Origin: Solirubrobacterales bacterium
Lineage (GTDB): Bacteria; Actinomycetota; Thermoleophilia; Solirubrobacterales; JACPNS01
Assembly (NCBI GenBank): GCA_049608465.1
Contig: JBMYXO010000004.1
Coordinates: 5,187 to 57,122, forward strand
Direction of reading: 5' to 3'
DNA: 51,936 bases
The notes under the pieces are model-generated. The model was not told where the DNA came from, made no database searches, and saw only the letters and a list, made by a program, of their open reading frames with translations. Each line of letters begins with the position of its first letter. The stretch's first letter is position 1. Both the position numbers and the translations under genes were made by a program. Positions 1-10,210 of the stretch are shown in pieces.

Positions 1-1179
1 GCGGTACAGACCCCCGACAGCGTGAACTTCGTCGGAAAGGCGTCATTCGAAGGGATCACTGGCGCGCCCGTGCTGACGAATCAGTTCGAGCGCGATCCGG
101 CAGGCGGCGCTTTCCCCGACCAGCCGCGACCCGATCACGATCCGATCTCACACCTTGAACTGGCGGCGAACTGCGACGTATACGTGATCGCGCCGGCGAC
201 TGCGAACACAATCGCCAAGCTCGCCTACGGCATGGCCGACAACATGGTCACCGCGCTCGCGCTCTCGTGCCGCAAACCAATCGTCGTTGCGCCGGCGATG
301 AACAACGACATGTATTTGAACGCCGCAACGCGCGACAACATCGACACGCTGCGTCGCCGTGGGATCGTCGTGCTCGATCCCGAAACTGGCGAGCTCGCCT
401 CAAAGGGCGAGTACGGCGTCGGCAGATTGCCAGAACCCAGAGATCTGCTCGCAGCAGCGGAGCGTGCAATCGAGGGCGGCGAGATCCCGTTCGCACCGAA
501 ATCGCTCGACGGTTTGAAAATGCTTGTAACCGCTGGCGGGACCCGCGAGCCAATCGACTCCGTGCGCTTCGTCGGCAATCGCTCGTCGGGCAAGATGGGC
601 TTTGCTGTAGCCGATGCGGCGGCTGCCCGCGGTGCCGAGGTGACGGTTGTCGCGGCGAACGTTTCGCTCGCTCGCAAACCGGCCATTGAGTACATCGACG
701 TCTCCACGGCGGCAGAGCTTGAGTCGGCGGTGCGCGCAGAATTTGTCAAGTGCGATGCGCTGGTGATGGCCGCCGCAGTCGCGGATTTCCGCCCGGCCGA
801 CCCGGAGGAGGGCAAGATCAAGAAAGCCGGTCGCGACGGCATGACCGTTGAGCTGGTCGCGACGAATGATGTGCTCGCCGGGTTGCAGGATCTGCGCGAA
901 CCCGGCCAGGTAGTGGTCGGTTTTGCGGCGGAGGCGGGAGCGGCCCTGCTCGGTGAGGCCCGGCGCAAGCTCGAGAGCAAGGGGCTCGACATGATCGTTG
1001 CAAATGACATCTCCGACCCATCGATCGGTTTCGAGTCCGACGGCAACGAGATCACTTTGTTGGTCGAAGGATGCGAGCCGGAACATCCACCGCGCGGGTC
1101 CAAATCTGAGATTGCGAACGTAATCGTCGGTCGCGTCGAGTCCCTTGTGCGAACGCAAGGCGACGGCGCTCGGGTATAA
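1..1179 (+). CDS. coaBC: Bifunctional phosphopantothenoylcysteine decarboxylase/synthetase CoaBC, 5' partial (frame 1 is open from nt 1)
   Basis: CoaC-like 'VIAPATANTIAKLAYGMADN' and CoaB motif 'AGGTREPIDSVRFVGNRSSGKMG'. There is no stop between nt 1 and the track start at 22, so the N-terminus lies upstream of the window. Confidence 0.9.
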   Translation, partial: AVQTPDSVNFVGKASFEGITGAPVLTNQFERDPAGGAFPDQPRPDHDPISHLELAANCDVYVIAPATANTIAKLAYGMADNMVTALALSCRKPIVVAPAMNNDMYLNAATRDNIDTLRRRGIVVLDPETGELASKGEYGVGRLPEPRDLLAAAERAIEGGEIPFAPKSLDGLKMLVTAGGTREPIDSVRFVGNRSSGKMGFAVADAAAARGAEVTVVAANVSLARKPAIEYIDVSTAAELESAVRAEFVKCDALVMAAAVADFRPADPEEGKIKKAGRDGMTVELVATNDVLAGLQDLREPGQVVVGFAAEAGAALLGEARRKLESKGLDMIVANDISDPSIGFESDGNEITLLVEGCEPEHPPRGSKSEIANVIVGRVESLVRTQGDGARV

Positions 1180-1245
1180 TCGGCTGCGCAGACCTCCCTG
1201 ATAACGGTGGCCTCCCGAGTAGGGCGGCGTCCGCGGATTGAAGGA

Positions 1246-1268
1246 AGTGGGCCACAAGCCCACTTTTT
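1246..1268 (+). terminator. Intrinsic terminator after coaBC
   Basis: Stem agtgggc / gcccact with a 5-nt loop, followed directly by a ttttt run. Confidence 0.6.
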
Positions 1269-1339
1269 CGTTTCTGAAGGTCGTTTTTGGGGCGGTTTGC
1301 GGCCTCAAAAATCGCTGAAGCATCGCTTCGGAAAGCACC

Positions 1340-1825
1340 GTGATCGTGATCGAACAGATCCAGACAGAGATCGAAACCAGGCTGGCCGAGTCCGAGCCAC
1401 AGGTCGAACTGCTGCTCTGTGAAATGAGCGGCGAGACCGTTCGGATCTTCATCGATCATCCCGAAGGTGTTGACCTTGCACTATGCGAACGCGTCACCCG
1501 TGCGTTGCGATCCGTTCGCGAGAACTACGGGCTGGAAGTTTCATCGCCAGGCCCCAAGCGCCCCTTGACAAAGCCGGATCACTACCGTCGATTTGTCGGG
1601 CGTCGTGCGAAGATCCGCACTCGTTCAGATCACGAGGGGAGAAAGAGCTTCACCGGCGAATTGATCGCTGCCGACGATTCCGGCGTGACGATCGGCGCCG
1701 ACGGTCAGATTCTGACCTTGCCGTACGACGACATACACCGATCAAACCTCGTTCCCGAGACTGCTGGAGCGCCGGCAAAGAAGAAGCCGGCGCCGAAAAA
1801 GTCGAATCGGGCGAAAACTAAATAG
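1340..1825 (+). CDS. rimP: Ribosome maturation factor RimP
   Basis: About 160 aa, immediately upstream of nusA-infB (conserved operon). GTG start. Lys/Pro-rich tail. Confidence 0.85.
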   Translation: MIVIEQIQTEIETRLAESEPQVELLLCEMSGETVRIFIDHPEGVDLALCERVTRALRSVRENYGLEVSSPGPKRPLTKPDHYRRFVGRRAKIRTRSDHEGRKSFTGELIAADDSGVTIGADGQILTLPYDDIHRSNLVPETAGAPAKKKPAPKKSNRAKTK

Positions 1826-1866
1826 AGCCAAAAACTAAATAGAAAGTTCAGAGGGCACCCCTCCAC

Positions 1867-3549
1867 ATGTCCCAGGAAATAGTTGACGCAATCAAGCTGC
1901 TCGAGCGCGAAAAAGGCATCGACAGCGAAACTTTGATGACGGCGCTCGAAGACGCGCTGCTCTCGGCATACAAAAAATCCCCGGGATCGGCCAAATACGC
2001 TCGCGTCGAACTCGACCGCGACAGCGGTGATTTCCTGGTCTATGAACTACTAGTGCCCGAGGATCTCGAGGACGAACTGCTCGACGAGGTCTACGAACAA
2101 GAGTCGACGATCGACCCCGAGACCGGTGAGCGCCGCATCATCGAGGAGCCGGACATCGCTCCCGAGAAGCTGGCCGAACACCGTGACCAGATCCCCGAGC
2201 GTGACGTGACGCCCGAGAACTTCGGACGCATCGCCGCCCAGACCGCCAAGCAGGTCATCTATCAGCGCATCCGCGAGGCCGAGCGCACGATGATGTACGA
2301 CGAGTACCACGACCGCGTCGGCGAGCTGATCACCGGCATCGTCCAGCAGACCGACCACCGGTACACGCTGGTGCAGCTGCGCGAGCGTGTCGAGGCGCTG
2401 CTGCCCAAAAGCGAACAGGTTCCGCGCGAACGCTACGAGCACGGCGCGCGCATCAAGGCTGTGATCACCGACGTCTCGGCCGAGACCAAGGGCCCGAGCA
2501 TCGTGGTCAGCCGACGCAACCCGGAACTGATTAGAAAATTGTTCGAACTGGAAGTTCCGGAGGTCGCCGACGGTCTGGTCGAAATCCAGAACGTCGCGCG
2601 TGAACCCGGTTTCCGCAGCAAGATCGCCGTCGTCAGCCATGCCGACGGCGTCGATCCAGTCGGTGCCTGCGTCGGACCGCGTGGTTCGCGTGTGCGCATG
2701 GTCGTATCCGAGCTGCGCGGCGAGAAGATCGACATCATCCCCTTCAACGAAGAGCCCGCCCGCTTCGTGGCCAAGGCGCTTGCGCCGGCCCGCGTCCGCG
2801 AGGTGCTCGTCGACGACGAGAACCAGCAGGCGACCGTGATCGTCCCGGACGATCAGCTTTCGTTGGCGATCGGCCGCGAGGGCCAGAACGCACGCCTTGC
2901 CGCCCGGCTCACGGGTTGGCGTATCGATATTCGTTCGGAAAGCGATTTCGCGACCGACGAGGGCGACATCGAAGGTGACGAAGAGTCCGAGAACGTCGGT
3001 CGCTGTCACGCGATCCTCAGCAACGGTCGACTCTGCCCCAACGCGTCGCTGCCAGGTTCGCGCTATTGCGGATTGGACGCCCACCAGGCTCTGCTTGACC
3101 AAGAAACGGACTACGTCGACCCGTCGATGGCCGATGCGATCGAAGCAGCTGACGAGGGTGAGGCGCCGGAACCGGAAATCGAGACCGACGTCGAAGCCGC
3201 TGCCGATGGCGTCACGCTCGAGGAAACCGTCGACGCCGGCGAGCCGATTGAGGCTCCGATCGACGAAACCGACGACGAGCCGGTGATCGACGGTGGCTCC
3301 ATCGACGCAGAGGCCGAAGGGGCCGCCGATGTCGATGAAGGAGCCATCGAAGCTGAATCGATCGTTGAAGCCGTGGAGGCCGCCCCGATCGCCGACGTGG
3401 AGACCGAGGATGCGATCGAAGAGGCCGAGGCCATAGCGGACCCTCAGTTCGTCGAAGACGGCGACACACCAGAGGCAGAAATTCTTGAAAACGATGACGC
3501 TGCGGCCGACTCATCGGTCGGTACTGGGTCACCCGAGGACACCGAGTAA
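1867..3549 (+). CDS. nusA: Transcription termination/antitermination factor NusA with a long acidic C-terminal extension
   Basis: N-terminus 'EIVDAIKLLEREKGI', S1 and KH regions ('IGREGQNARLAARLTGWRIDI'). A Cys/His motif and an Asp/Glu/Ala-rich tail follow the KH domains. Confidence 0.95.
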   Translation: MSQEIVDAIKLLEREKGIDSETLMTALEDALLSAYKKSPGSAKYARVELDRDSGDFLVYELLVPEDLEDELLDEVYEQESTIDPETGERRIIEEPDIAPEKLAEHRDQIPERDVTPENFGRIAAQTAKQVIYQRIREAERTMMYDEYHDRVGELITGIVQQTDHRYTLVQLRERVEALLPKSEQVPRERYEHGARIKAVITDVSAETKGPSIVVSRRNPELIRKLFELEVPEVADGLVEIQNVAREPGFRSKIAVVSHADGVDPVGACVGPRGSRVRMVVSELRGEKIDIIPFNEEPARFVAKALAPARVREVLVDDENQQATVIVPDDQLSLAIGREGQNARLAARLTGWRIDIRSESDFATDEGDIEGDEESENVGRCHAILSNGRLCPNASLPGSRYCGLDAHQALLDQETDYVDPSMADAIEAADEGEAPEPEIETDVEAAADGVTLEETVDAGEPIEAPIDETDDEPVIDGGSIDAEAEGAADVDEGAIEAESIVEAVEAAPIADVETEDAIEEAEAIADPQFVEDGDTPEAEILENDDAAADSSVGTGSPEDTE

Positions 3550-3566
3550 GGGGCCTGACCAACTAG

Positions 3567-5861
3567 ATGGCAAAAGTACGCGTACACGAGCTTGCCAAGC
3601 AAGCAGGAATCTCCAGCAAGGAGATGCTCGCTCTGCTGCAGAAAGCGGGCATCGAAGTGAAGACCGCGTCCTCTGGTGTCGAGGACGACATCGCCGAAAA
3701 GGTGCTCAAGGTCGCGGCGCGGCCGCGTGCCGCCAAGCAGGCCGCCGCAAAGCAGGCAACCACCACGTCTGCTCCCTCGCGTGGCAAGGCGCCCGCAGGG
3801 GGAAGATCGTCGGGAGGCGGTTCTCCGAAGTCCTATTCCGCCAGCCCCGACGGTGCGAAGACCGAAAGCGCAGCGAAATCTCCGCCGAAGCCGAAGACGT
3901 CGTCTCCGAATGGCGGCGGCGGCGGTGGAGGTGGTGGCGCAGGCGGCAAGATGCGTCGCGTCGTGATTGATTCACAGGCAGCTCGTCGCGGCCCCGGCCC
4001 GCCTGCCGGACAGCCCGCCCGACCCAAGCGTGGTGGTCGTCGTCGCCGACCGGTGTTCGAGGAGCCGGTCGAGAAGGTCGAAGAAGAGCCGCTCGAGCCG
4101 CAGACGCAGATCGTTCGCATCAACTCCGGCGCGACTGTCAAGGAAGTTTCGGAGTCGCTGGGCGTTCCAGCTGCCGAAGTGATCAAGAAGTTGATGGACC
4201 TCGGCGAGATGGCAACCTTGACCCAGACGCTCACCGACGAGGCGATCGGGGTGATCGGCGAGGCCTTCGAGCGTGAAGTCGATCTGACGACGATCGCAGA
4301 CGAAACCGATGCCGAAGTGGCGACTGATGACGCGAAGTCGCTTGAAGAGCGCCCGCCGGTCGTGACGATCATGGGACACGTCGACCACGGAAAGACTTCG
4401 CTGCTCGACGCGATCCGCGAAACCGAGGTTGCCGCTGGCGAGGCCGGCGGAATTACGCAGCACATTGGTGCCTACCAGGTGCACCGCGGCGAAAAACTGA
4501 TCACCTTCATCGACACCCCGGGACACCAGGCGTTCACCGCCATGCGTGCGCGTGGTGCGAAGGTGACGGACGTTGCCGTGATCGTCGTCGCCGCCAACGA
4601 TGGAGTGATGCCGCAGACCGAAGAGGCAATCGACCACGCCAAGGCTGCGGAGGTACCGATCGTCATCGCCGTGAACAAGATTGACGTCGAAGGGGCAGAC
4701 CCGCAGAAGGTCCGCACCGAACTTTCGGCGATGGGCCTTCAGCCGGAGGACTGGGGCGGCGAGACGATCTTCTGCGACGTGTCGGCGAAGAAGCGTGAAG
4801 GGCTCGAACACCTGCTCGACATGATCCTGTTGGTTGCGGAAGTCGAAGAGTTGAAGGGCAACCCGAACTCCGAGGCCTCCGGAACCGTGATCGAATCGCA
4901 GTTGGATCCGGGCAGAGGTCCGGTCGCGACGCTACTCGTTCAGCGTGGCCGCCTGAAGGTCGGCGACGCGATGGTCGCCGGGTCCCAATGGGGCCGGGTG
5001 CGTGCGATGCACGACCACCTCGGTCAGAAACTCGTCGAGGCCGAGCTCGGTGCGCCGGTCGAGGTGCTTGGTTTCGACGGAGTCCCGGAGGCCGGAAACA
5101 CATTTCGCGTAGTGGAAACCGACCGGATCGCAAGATCGCAGGCGGCCGATCGCGCCAACCGGCTGAAGACCGAGGCGATCGCCCGTCGCGCGCGCCTCAA
5201 GGTTTCGTTCGAGGACGCCTTCGCACAGGCTCAAGAGGGCACGCTCAACACGTTGAACCTGATCCTCAAGGGCGACGTCGCCGGATCGGTCGGCGCGCTC
5301 GAAGACGAGATCGCGAAGCTGCCGCAGTCAGAAATCAAGGTCAACGTGATTCACCACGGCGTCGGCGGCATCAACGAGAGCGACGTGATGCTTGCGTCGG
5401 CCTCCGAAGCGGTTGTGATCGGCTTCAACGTTCGGCCGGTGGGCGATTCGCGCCTGCTCGCAGAGCGCGAGGGCGTCGAGATCCGTACGTACAACGTGAT
5501 CTACAAAGCGATCGAAGAACTACGTTCGGCGATGCAGGGTTTGTTGGCGCCGGAAGAGGTCGAGTCATCGGTCGGCTCGCTCACCGTTCGACAAACGTTC
5601 AAGGCGTCGAAGATCGGCACTATTGCCGGTTCGCACGTCGACAATGGCAAGGTAACGCGCGGTGCGTCGGTACGTTTGGTGCGCGACGGCACGGTTGTTT
5701 ACGAGGGCAAGGTCGCGACACTCAGGCGGTTCAATGACGACGTGCGCGAAGTCACCGTGGGCATGGAGTGTGGTGTCGTGCTCGACAACTACGCCGACGT
5801 GAAGGAAGAGGACGTGATCGAGGTTTACGAAGTCAAGAGCGTGGAGCGCGAGCTCGTTTGA
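3567..5861 (+). CDS. infB: Translation initiation factor IF-2
   Basis: '[11 protein letters not shown]' N-domain, GTPase motifs 'GHVDHGKTS', 'DTPGH', 'NKID'. Position after nusA. Confidence 0.97.
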   Translation: MAKVRVHELAKQAGISSKEMLALLQKAGIEVKTASSGVEDDIAEKVLKVAARPRAAKQAAAKQATTTSAPSRGKAPAGGRSSGGGSPKSYSASPDGAKTESAAKSPPKPKTSSPNGGGGGGGGGAGGKMRRVVIDSQAARRGPGPPAGQPARPKRGGRRRRPVFEEPVEKVEEEPLEPQTQIVRINSGATVKEVSESLGVPAAEVIKKLMDLGEMATLTQTLTDEAIGVIGEAFEREVDLTTIADETDAEVATDDAKSLEERPPVVTIMGHVDHGKTSLLDAIRETEVAAGEAGGITQHIGAYQVHRGEKLITFIDTPGHQAFTAMRARGAKVTDVAVIVVAANDGVMPQTEEAIDHAKAAEVPIVIAVNKIDVEGADPQKVRTELSAMGLQPEDWGGETIFCDVSAKKREGLEHLLDMILLVAEVEELKGNPNSEASGTVIESQLDPGRGPVATLLVQRGRLKVGDAMVAGSQWGRVRAMHDHLGQKLVEAELGAPVEVLGFDGVPEAGNTFRVVETDRIARSQAADRANRLKTEAIARRARLKVSFEDAFAQAQEGTLNTLNLILKGDVAGSVGALEDEIAKLPQSEIKVNVIHHGVGGINESDVMLASASEAVVIGFNVRPVGDSRLLAEREGVEIRTYNVIYKAIEELRSAMQGLLAPEEVESSVGSLTVRQTFKASKIGTIAGSHVDNGKVTRGASVRLVRDGTVVYEGKVATLRRFNDDVREVTVGMECGVVLDNYADVKEEDVIEVYEVKSVERELV

Positions 5862-5949
5862 GCACGGGTTCGACCTGAATGCGGTGACGGCGGCTCGGCC
5901 GGTCACCGAATCAAAATTTTCCGGCCGATATATCGGCAGTGGGAGCAAA

Positions 5950-6330
5950 ATGCAGGGCGACAGAATGAGACGGGTCAACGAGGCGGTACGCGAAGTCGTA
6001 TCCAGCGGTCTGACGCGCGGCGCGGGCAATTCCGAGCTCGGATTCGTGACTGTGACGGGCGTCGAGACGAGCCCTGATCTTCGCCATGCCGTCGTCTTCG
6101 TCAGCGTGTTCGGCGACGATCAACAGCGCGAGAGCTCGTTCGCGACGCTGGAGGAGCTGCGACCGGATCTCCAGTCCGAGATTGCGACTCACCTACGCAT
6201 GAAAAACACGCCAATCCTGCGATTCGAATACGACGACAGCGTCGATCGCGGCATGCGCGTCACCGACTTGATCAATCAGGAGGCGGCGGCACTCGGCAGA
6301 GCCGTCGCGGACACGGAGGAAGATTCATGA
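5950..6330 (+). CDS. rbfA: Ribosome-binding factor A
   Basis: 'RMRRVNEAVREVVSSGL' is a typical RbfA N-terminus. ATG at 5950 is preceded by gggag. The track ORF starts at 5884, and ATG 5965 is also possible. Confidence 0.85.
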   Translation: MQGDRMRRVNEAVREVVSSGLTRGAGNSELGFVTVTGVETSPDLRHAVVFVSVFGDDQQRESSFATLEELRPDLQSEIATHLRMKNTPILRFEYDDSVDRGMRVTDLINQEAAALGRAVADTEEDS

Positions 6331-7331
6331 GCGATCGCGCTGCGATCATCGAACGATTGCGGTCAGACGAGAAATTCTTGCTGACCACGCACGAAAACCC
6401 CGACGGAGACGCACTCGGTTCGCTGGTCGGGATGAATGCGGTGCTCCAGGGCCTGGGCAAGGACACAGTGATGTTCATGCGCGAGACGGAGTTTCCGCTG
6501 CCGTACGAGTACCGCTATCTGCTGGCAGACGATCAGGTGATCCACTTCGCGCCCGAGGACCTGCTCGACCGGACTGTCATCTATCTCGATTGTGGATCGT
6601 TCGAGCGGATGGCCGTTGACTTTCTGCGCAACGACTCGCTGACCCTGATCAACATCGACCATCACCACGACAACACCTGCTTCGGCACATTGAACCTCGT
6701 CGAGTCGACACGATCGTCGACGGCCGAGATGGTCTATTCGATCGCCAAGGAACTGGGTGCCACGCTGACGCCGTACCTCGCCGACGCCCTGTATGTGGGC
6801 CTCGTGACAGACACCGGCCGTTTCATGTACCAGAACACCGGTCCGGACGCCCACGAAATGGCCGCGGATCTGCTGCGTAACGGCGTCGATGTACACGCCG
6901 CATACACGCGTTTGTACGAGGATCAGCCGTTCGGAAAGGTGCAACTGCTCGGTCGCGCGCTCAACACGATCACGCGCTACGACGACGGCGCCCTCACGAT
7001 CGTAAGCTTGACCAAGTCCGACTTCGAGGAAACCGGTTCCGAGGAGACGTTCACCGAAGGAATCGTCGATTTTGCTCGCGGTATCGCCGGAACTGCAGTC
7101 GGGGCGATGTACCGTGAGTTGACCGGCGAGGGTCGCGAACATCTCGCGAAAATCAGCCTACGTTCATCGGACAACCGTGTTGACGTCTCCACGATCGCCC
7201 GCAGTTTCGGCGGCGGCGGCCACAAACAGGCTGCCGGTGCCACCACAGACCTTTCACTTGAAGACGCGATTGAATCCATTCGCGCCGGCATTCGGTCACA
7301 GCTCGAAACTGAGCAGCAACCTGCTGCTTGA
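6327..7331 (+). CDS. nrnA: DHH/DHHA1 phosphoesterase (NrnA-type oligoribonuclease / pAp phosphatase)
   Basis: Motifs 'HENPDGDALGS', 'NIDHHHDN', 'GGGGHKQAAG'. ATGA overlap with the rbfA stop. Confidence 0.85.
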   Translation: MSDRAAIIERLRSDEKFLLTTHENPDGDALGSLVGMNAVLQGLGKDTVMFMRETEFPLPYEYRYLLADDQVIHFAPEDLLDRTVIYLDCGSFERMAVDFLRNDSLTLINIDHHHDNTCFGTLNLVESTRSSTAEMVYSIAKELGATLTPYLADALYVGLVTDTGRFMYQNTGPDAHEMAADLLRNGVDVHAAYTRLYEDQPFGKVQLLGRALNTITRYDDGALTIVSLTKSDFEETGSEETFTEGIVDFARGIAGTAVGAMYRELTGEGREHLAKISLRSSDNRVDVSTIARSFGGGGHKQAAGATTDLSLEDAIESIRAGIRSQLETEQQPAA

Positions 7332-7385
7332 GTGGCTGCTGCGGTCGCCGGCCGATAGCCGCCGATTGACGCGCGCAAATACTCG

Positions 7386-8234
7386 ATGACGAAACCCGGC
7401 AACATCGACTGCGGAGTGGTGCTGATCGACAAACCCGCGGGCGTGACTTCGCACGACGTCGTCTTCGACGTGCGCCGTCGGCTGTCGAAGGCGGCCGATC
7501 GAAAGGTGCGAACGGGCCATGCGGGGACGCTCGATCCATTTGCCACGGGGTTGCTTGTCGTTCTGGTGGGGCGTGCAACGCGTCTGCAGCAGTACCTCCA
7601 ACATCAACCTAAGTCCTACCGCGCGGTCGCGAAACTCGGATGGTTCTCCAGCAGTGGGGATCGTGACGGCGAATTGACCGAGACCGGTCGCGTGCCCGAA
7701 GATCCGCAGTTGCCAACGGGTGAACTTGAGCTTGCCGTGCCCGCGCTGTCTGCGATCAAAGTCGACGGCGAAAGGCTCTACGCGAAGGCCCGTCGCGGCG
7801 ACGAGTTCGAACCGCCCGTGCGCACGATGACCGTCTATCGTGCGGAGCGAATGGAGCTGGACGGCGACAAGGCGGTATTCGAGATTGACTGCGCGGGCGG
7901 AACCTACATCCGCAGCGTGGTGGCGACGTTGGAAGACGCTTACTGCGAACAACTTGTACGCACCAAAGTCGGCGAGCTGGACCTGCAGGACGCCGATCCC
8001 GGTCGACTGCTCGACCCGCTCGAGGTGCTTTCTCACATCGATCGGCGCGATCTCTCCGTCGACGAGGCCACCACGCTGATCCATGGCCGTCGGCTTGAAT
8101 CCGCACGCTCCGACGGAACGCTCGAACGACTCGTGGTGGACGACCACTTGTTGGGCGTCGGACGCGTCAAGGCCGGACAGTTGAAGGCAGAGACCAATCT
8201 CGCCGCCTCGGTCGAGGAGTTGATCACCCGATGA
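7386..8234 (+). CDS. truB: tRNA pseudouridine-55 synthase TruB
   Basis: 'GVVLIDKPAGVTSHDVV' and 'GHAGTLDPFATGLLVV'. Confidence 0.93.
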   Translation: MTKPGNIDCGVVLIDKPAGVTSHDVVFDVRRRLSKAADRKVRTGHAGTLDPFATGLLVVLVGRATRLQQYLQHQPKSYRAVAKLGWFSSSGDRDGELTETGRVPEDPQLPTGELELAVPALSAIKVDGERLYAKARRGDEFEPPVRTMTVYRAERMELDGDKAVFEIDCAGGTYIRSVVATLEDAYCEQLVRTKVGELDLQDADPGRLLDPLEVLSHIDRRDLSVDEATTLIHGRRLESARSDGTLERLVVDDHLLGVGRVKAGQLKAETNLAASVEELITR

Positions 8235-9118
8235 GCATCGACATCGTCCAGTTGAAGGATGCACAGCCAAGGCCGCGGCGCGTGGCAATCGGTACATTTG
8301 ACGGCGTTCATCTCGGTCACCGCAAGGTGATCACCGGCTCGGAGACCGTGCTCACCTTCGAACCGCATCCGCTGGTGGTGCTCAAGCATGATGCCGCACC
8401 GAAGACTTTGACCGCGCTCTCCTTGAAGGCGCGCCTGCTGGAGGAGATCGGCGTCGAAGAGATGGTGCTGATCGAGTTCAATCCAGATTTTGCGTCGATG
8501 GATGCCGAGCGCTTCGTGCGTGAGGTGCTGATCGAGCGTCTCGGCGCGACCCACGTGTCGGTTGGCGAAAATTTTCGCTTCGGCAAGAAGGCGCAGGGCG
8601 ACCCGGCGTTTCTCGCAAAATTTGACGAGTTCGAGACCACCGTGGTGCCGTTGGTCGAGAACGGGGGAGAGATCGTTTCTTCGACGCAGATCCGCGGTCT
8701 CGTCGCGGCCGGCGACGTCGAACGCGCGGATGAATTGCTCGGCTATCCCTTCACGATGGTCGGCGAGGTCAAACACGGCGACAAGCGCGGCCGCGAGTTG
8801 GGCTTTCCGACCGCAAACCTCGAGCCGGACGAACACGACTGCGTGCCCGGACACGGCGTATACGCCGCCTTGACGAATGGTGTGGCCAGCGCCGTGAACG
8901 TCGGCGTACGTCCGACCTTCCAGACCGGTCGCGGACTGCTGGTGGAATCGTTCTTGATCGACTGGGAGGGCGACCTCTACGGCGAACAGGTTGAGGTCGC
9001 GTTCCTCCAGCGACTACGCGGCGAGCGGCGCTATGACGGAGTCGATCCGTTGGTCGAGCAGATGCGGGCCGATGTCGCGCAGGCGCGCGAGATCTGCAAT
9101 GCGGCGTTGAAGTCTTGA
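8231..9118 (+). CDS. ribF: Bifunctional riboflavin kinase / FAD synthetase
   Basis: '[17 protein letters not shown]', C-terminal kinase 'GFPTANL'. ATGA overlap with truB. Confidence 0.93.
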   Translation: MSIDIVQLKDAQPRPRRVAIGTFDGVHLGHRKVITGSETVLTFEPHPLVVLKHDAAPKTLTALSLKARLLEEIGVEEMVLIEFNPDFASMDAERFVREVLIERLGATHVSVGENFRFGKKAQGDPAFLAKFDEFETTVVPLVENGGEIVSSTQIRGLVAAGDVERADELLGYPFTMVGEVKHGDKRGRELGFPTANLEPDEHDCVPGHGVYAALTNGVASAVNVGVRPTFQTGRGLLVESFLIDWEGDLYGEQVEVAFLQRLRGERRYDGVDPLVEQMRADVAQAREICNAALKS

Positions 9119-9197
9119 ACACAGCGTCTGCGACCCGAAACACCGCATTGCAAGTGGAATAGCGCTTGAGGACCCGCCTGTTATCCTTCGCCGTCGC

Positions 9198-9467
9198 ATG
9201 TCAGATCAAACAGCACCAGTAGCCGAAGTAGTCGGCAAGTTCGGCAAGACAGCCGCAGACACGGGATCGACCGAGGTCCAGGTCGCGCTGCTCACCGAAC
9301 GCATCAACCACTTGACCGAGCACCTGCGTGATCACAAGAAGGATCACCACTCACGACGTGGCCTTCTGAAGATGGTCGGTAAGCGTCGTCGACTGCTCGA
9401 TTACCTCAAGAAGCGCGACCTCGAGGGCTACCGCAAGCTGATTGCGGACCTCGGCCTGCGTCGCTAG
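9198..9467 (+). CDS. rpsO: 30S ribosomal protein S15
   Basis: 89 aa, '[45 protein letters not shown]'. Confidence 0.97.
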   Translation: MSDQTAPVAEVVGKFGKTAADTGSTEVQVALLTERINHLTEHLRDHKKDHHSRRGLLKMVGKRRRLLDYLKKRDLEGYRKLIADLGLRR

Positions 9468-9520
9468 TCGATTCTCGACTGTTTGCTCACTTTGGATCGA
9501 CCTGACGCGCAGTTGTCCGC

Positions 9521-9553
9521 GCGGCGCTAGTCTGCGCCGCCATATCGATTTTT
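9521..9553 (+). terminator. Possible terminator after rpsO
   Basis: Stem gcggcgc / gcgccgc with a 6-nt loop. A ttttt run lies 9 nt downstream, so the geometry is imperfect. Confidence 0.3.
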
Positions 9554-9580
9554 GCCCCTATTGCTAAGGAGAATGAGCAG

Positions 9581-10033
9581 ATGGCTGCCACTGGCGACAA
9601 GGTTCCAGATTTCAACCTCAAGACGTTTGAAGGCGACGAGATAACTCCCGAAACGATCGCCGGAAAGCGTTCGTTGTTCTGTTACTTCCCGTTCGCATTC
9701 AGTGGGGTGTGTACGGACCAGTTCAGCGTCTACCAAGACGACATCGATCAGTTTCGCGAGCGTGGGGTCGACATCTACGCCATATCAGTCGACTCGCATC
9801 ACGCCCAGAACGCGTTCAAAGAGAAGCTCGGCGCAACCGGCATCACGTTCCTGAACGATTTCGAGCCAAAGGGCGCAGCAGCCAAGGCCTTCGACACCTA
9901 CCGCGACGGCGGCTTCAACGACCGCTCCGTCATCGAAATCAAGCCCGACGGCACGATCGGCTGGACCATTAAAATGCCAACACCCGGCGAGTTTCCTGAC
10001 ACCGCCACCGTCCTAGCCGGCCTGGACGCCTAA
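9581..10033 (+). CDS. AhpC/TSA-family peroxiredoxin (AhpE/PrxQ-like)
   Basis: Peroxidatic Cys context 'FPFAFSGVCTDQ'. aaggaga Shine-Dalgarno sequence upstream of the ATG. Confidence 0.85.
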   Translation: MAATGDKVPDFNLKTFEGDEITPETIAGKRSLFCYFPFAFSGVCTDQFSVYQDDIDQFRERGVDIYAISVDSHHAQNAFKEKLGATGITFLNDFEPKGAAAKAFDTYRDGGFNDRSVIEIKPDGTIGWTIKMPTPGEFPDTATVLAGLDA

Positions 10034-10047
10034 AAGTTCCCAGTTTC

Positions 10048-10084
10048 CGACCAACCTGTGGCACCTGGTGCCACAGGTTGGTCG
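10048..10084 (+). terminator. Near-perfect 18-bp-arm palindrome after the peroxiredoxin gene (terminator candidate)
   Basis: cgaccaacctgtggcacc t ggtgccacaggttggtcg, followed by ctattt. Confidence 0.5.
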
Positions 10085-10151
10085 CTATTTGCGAGGTTTC
10101 GTTGCTAAGGGGCGGTGTGGGGTGGTTGGTGGTAGCCTGCCTTGCGAATAG
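10085..10151 (+). promoter_or_regulatory. Structured 5' leader of pnp (long hairpin)
   Basis: 12-bp closing stem ctatttgcgagg / ccttgcgaatag (two G-U pairs) around a G-rich 43-nt interior. A second hairpin, cgcccc/ggggcg at 10176-10192, sits just before the RBS. Confidence 0.35.
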
Positions 10152-10210
10152 CTGTCATAGAGCAGTAGAAATAGACGCCCCAACCGGGGGCGAAAGGAAC
10201 AAAAAACTTC

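Noticed and set aside
400-1452. Long antisense or alternative-frame ORFs throughout the window. Examples: 400-1452(-), 2050-3102(-), 7296-8297(-), 10940-12187(-), 18692-19723(-), 25674-26660(-), 36579-37580(+), 15919-16797(+).
   Set aside because: They overlap genes with unambiguous conserved motifs on the other strand or frame. Their products are Arg/Ala/Ser/Pro-rich, as expected for non-coding frames of high-GC DNA.
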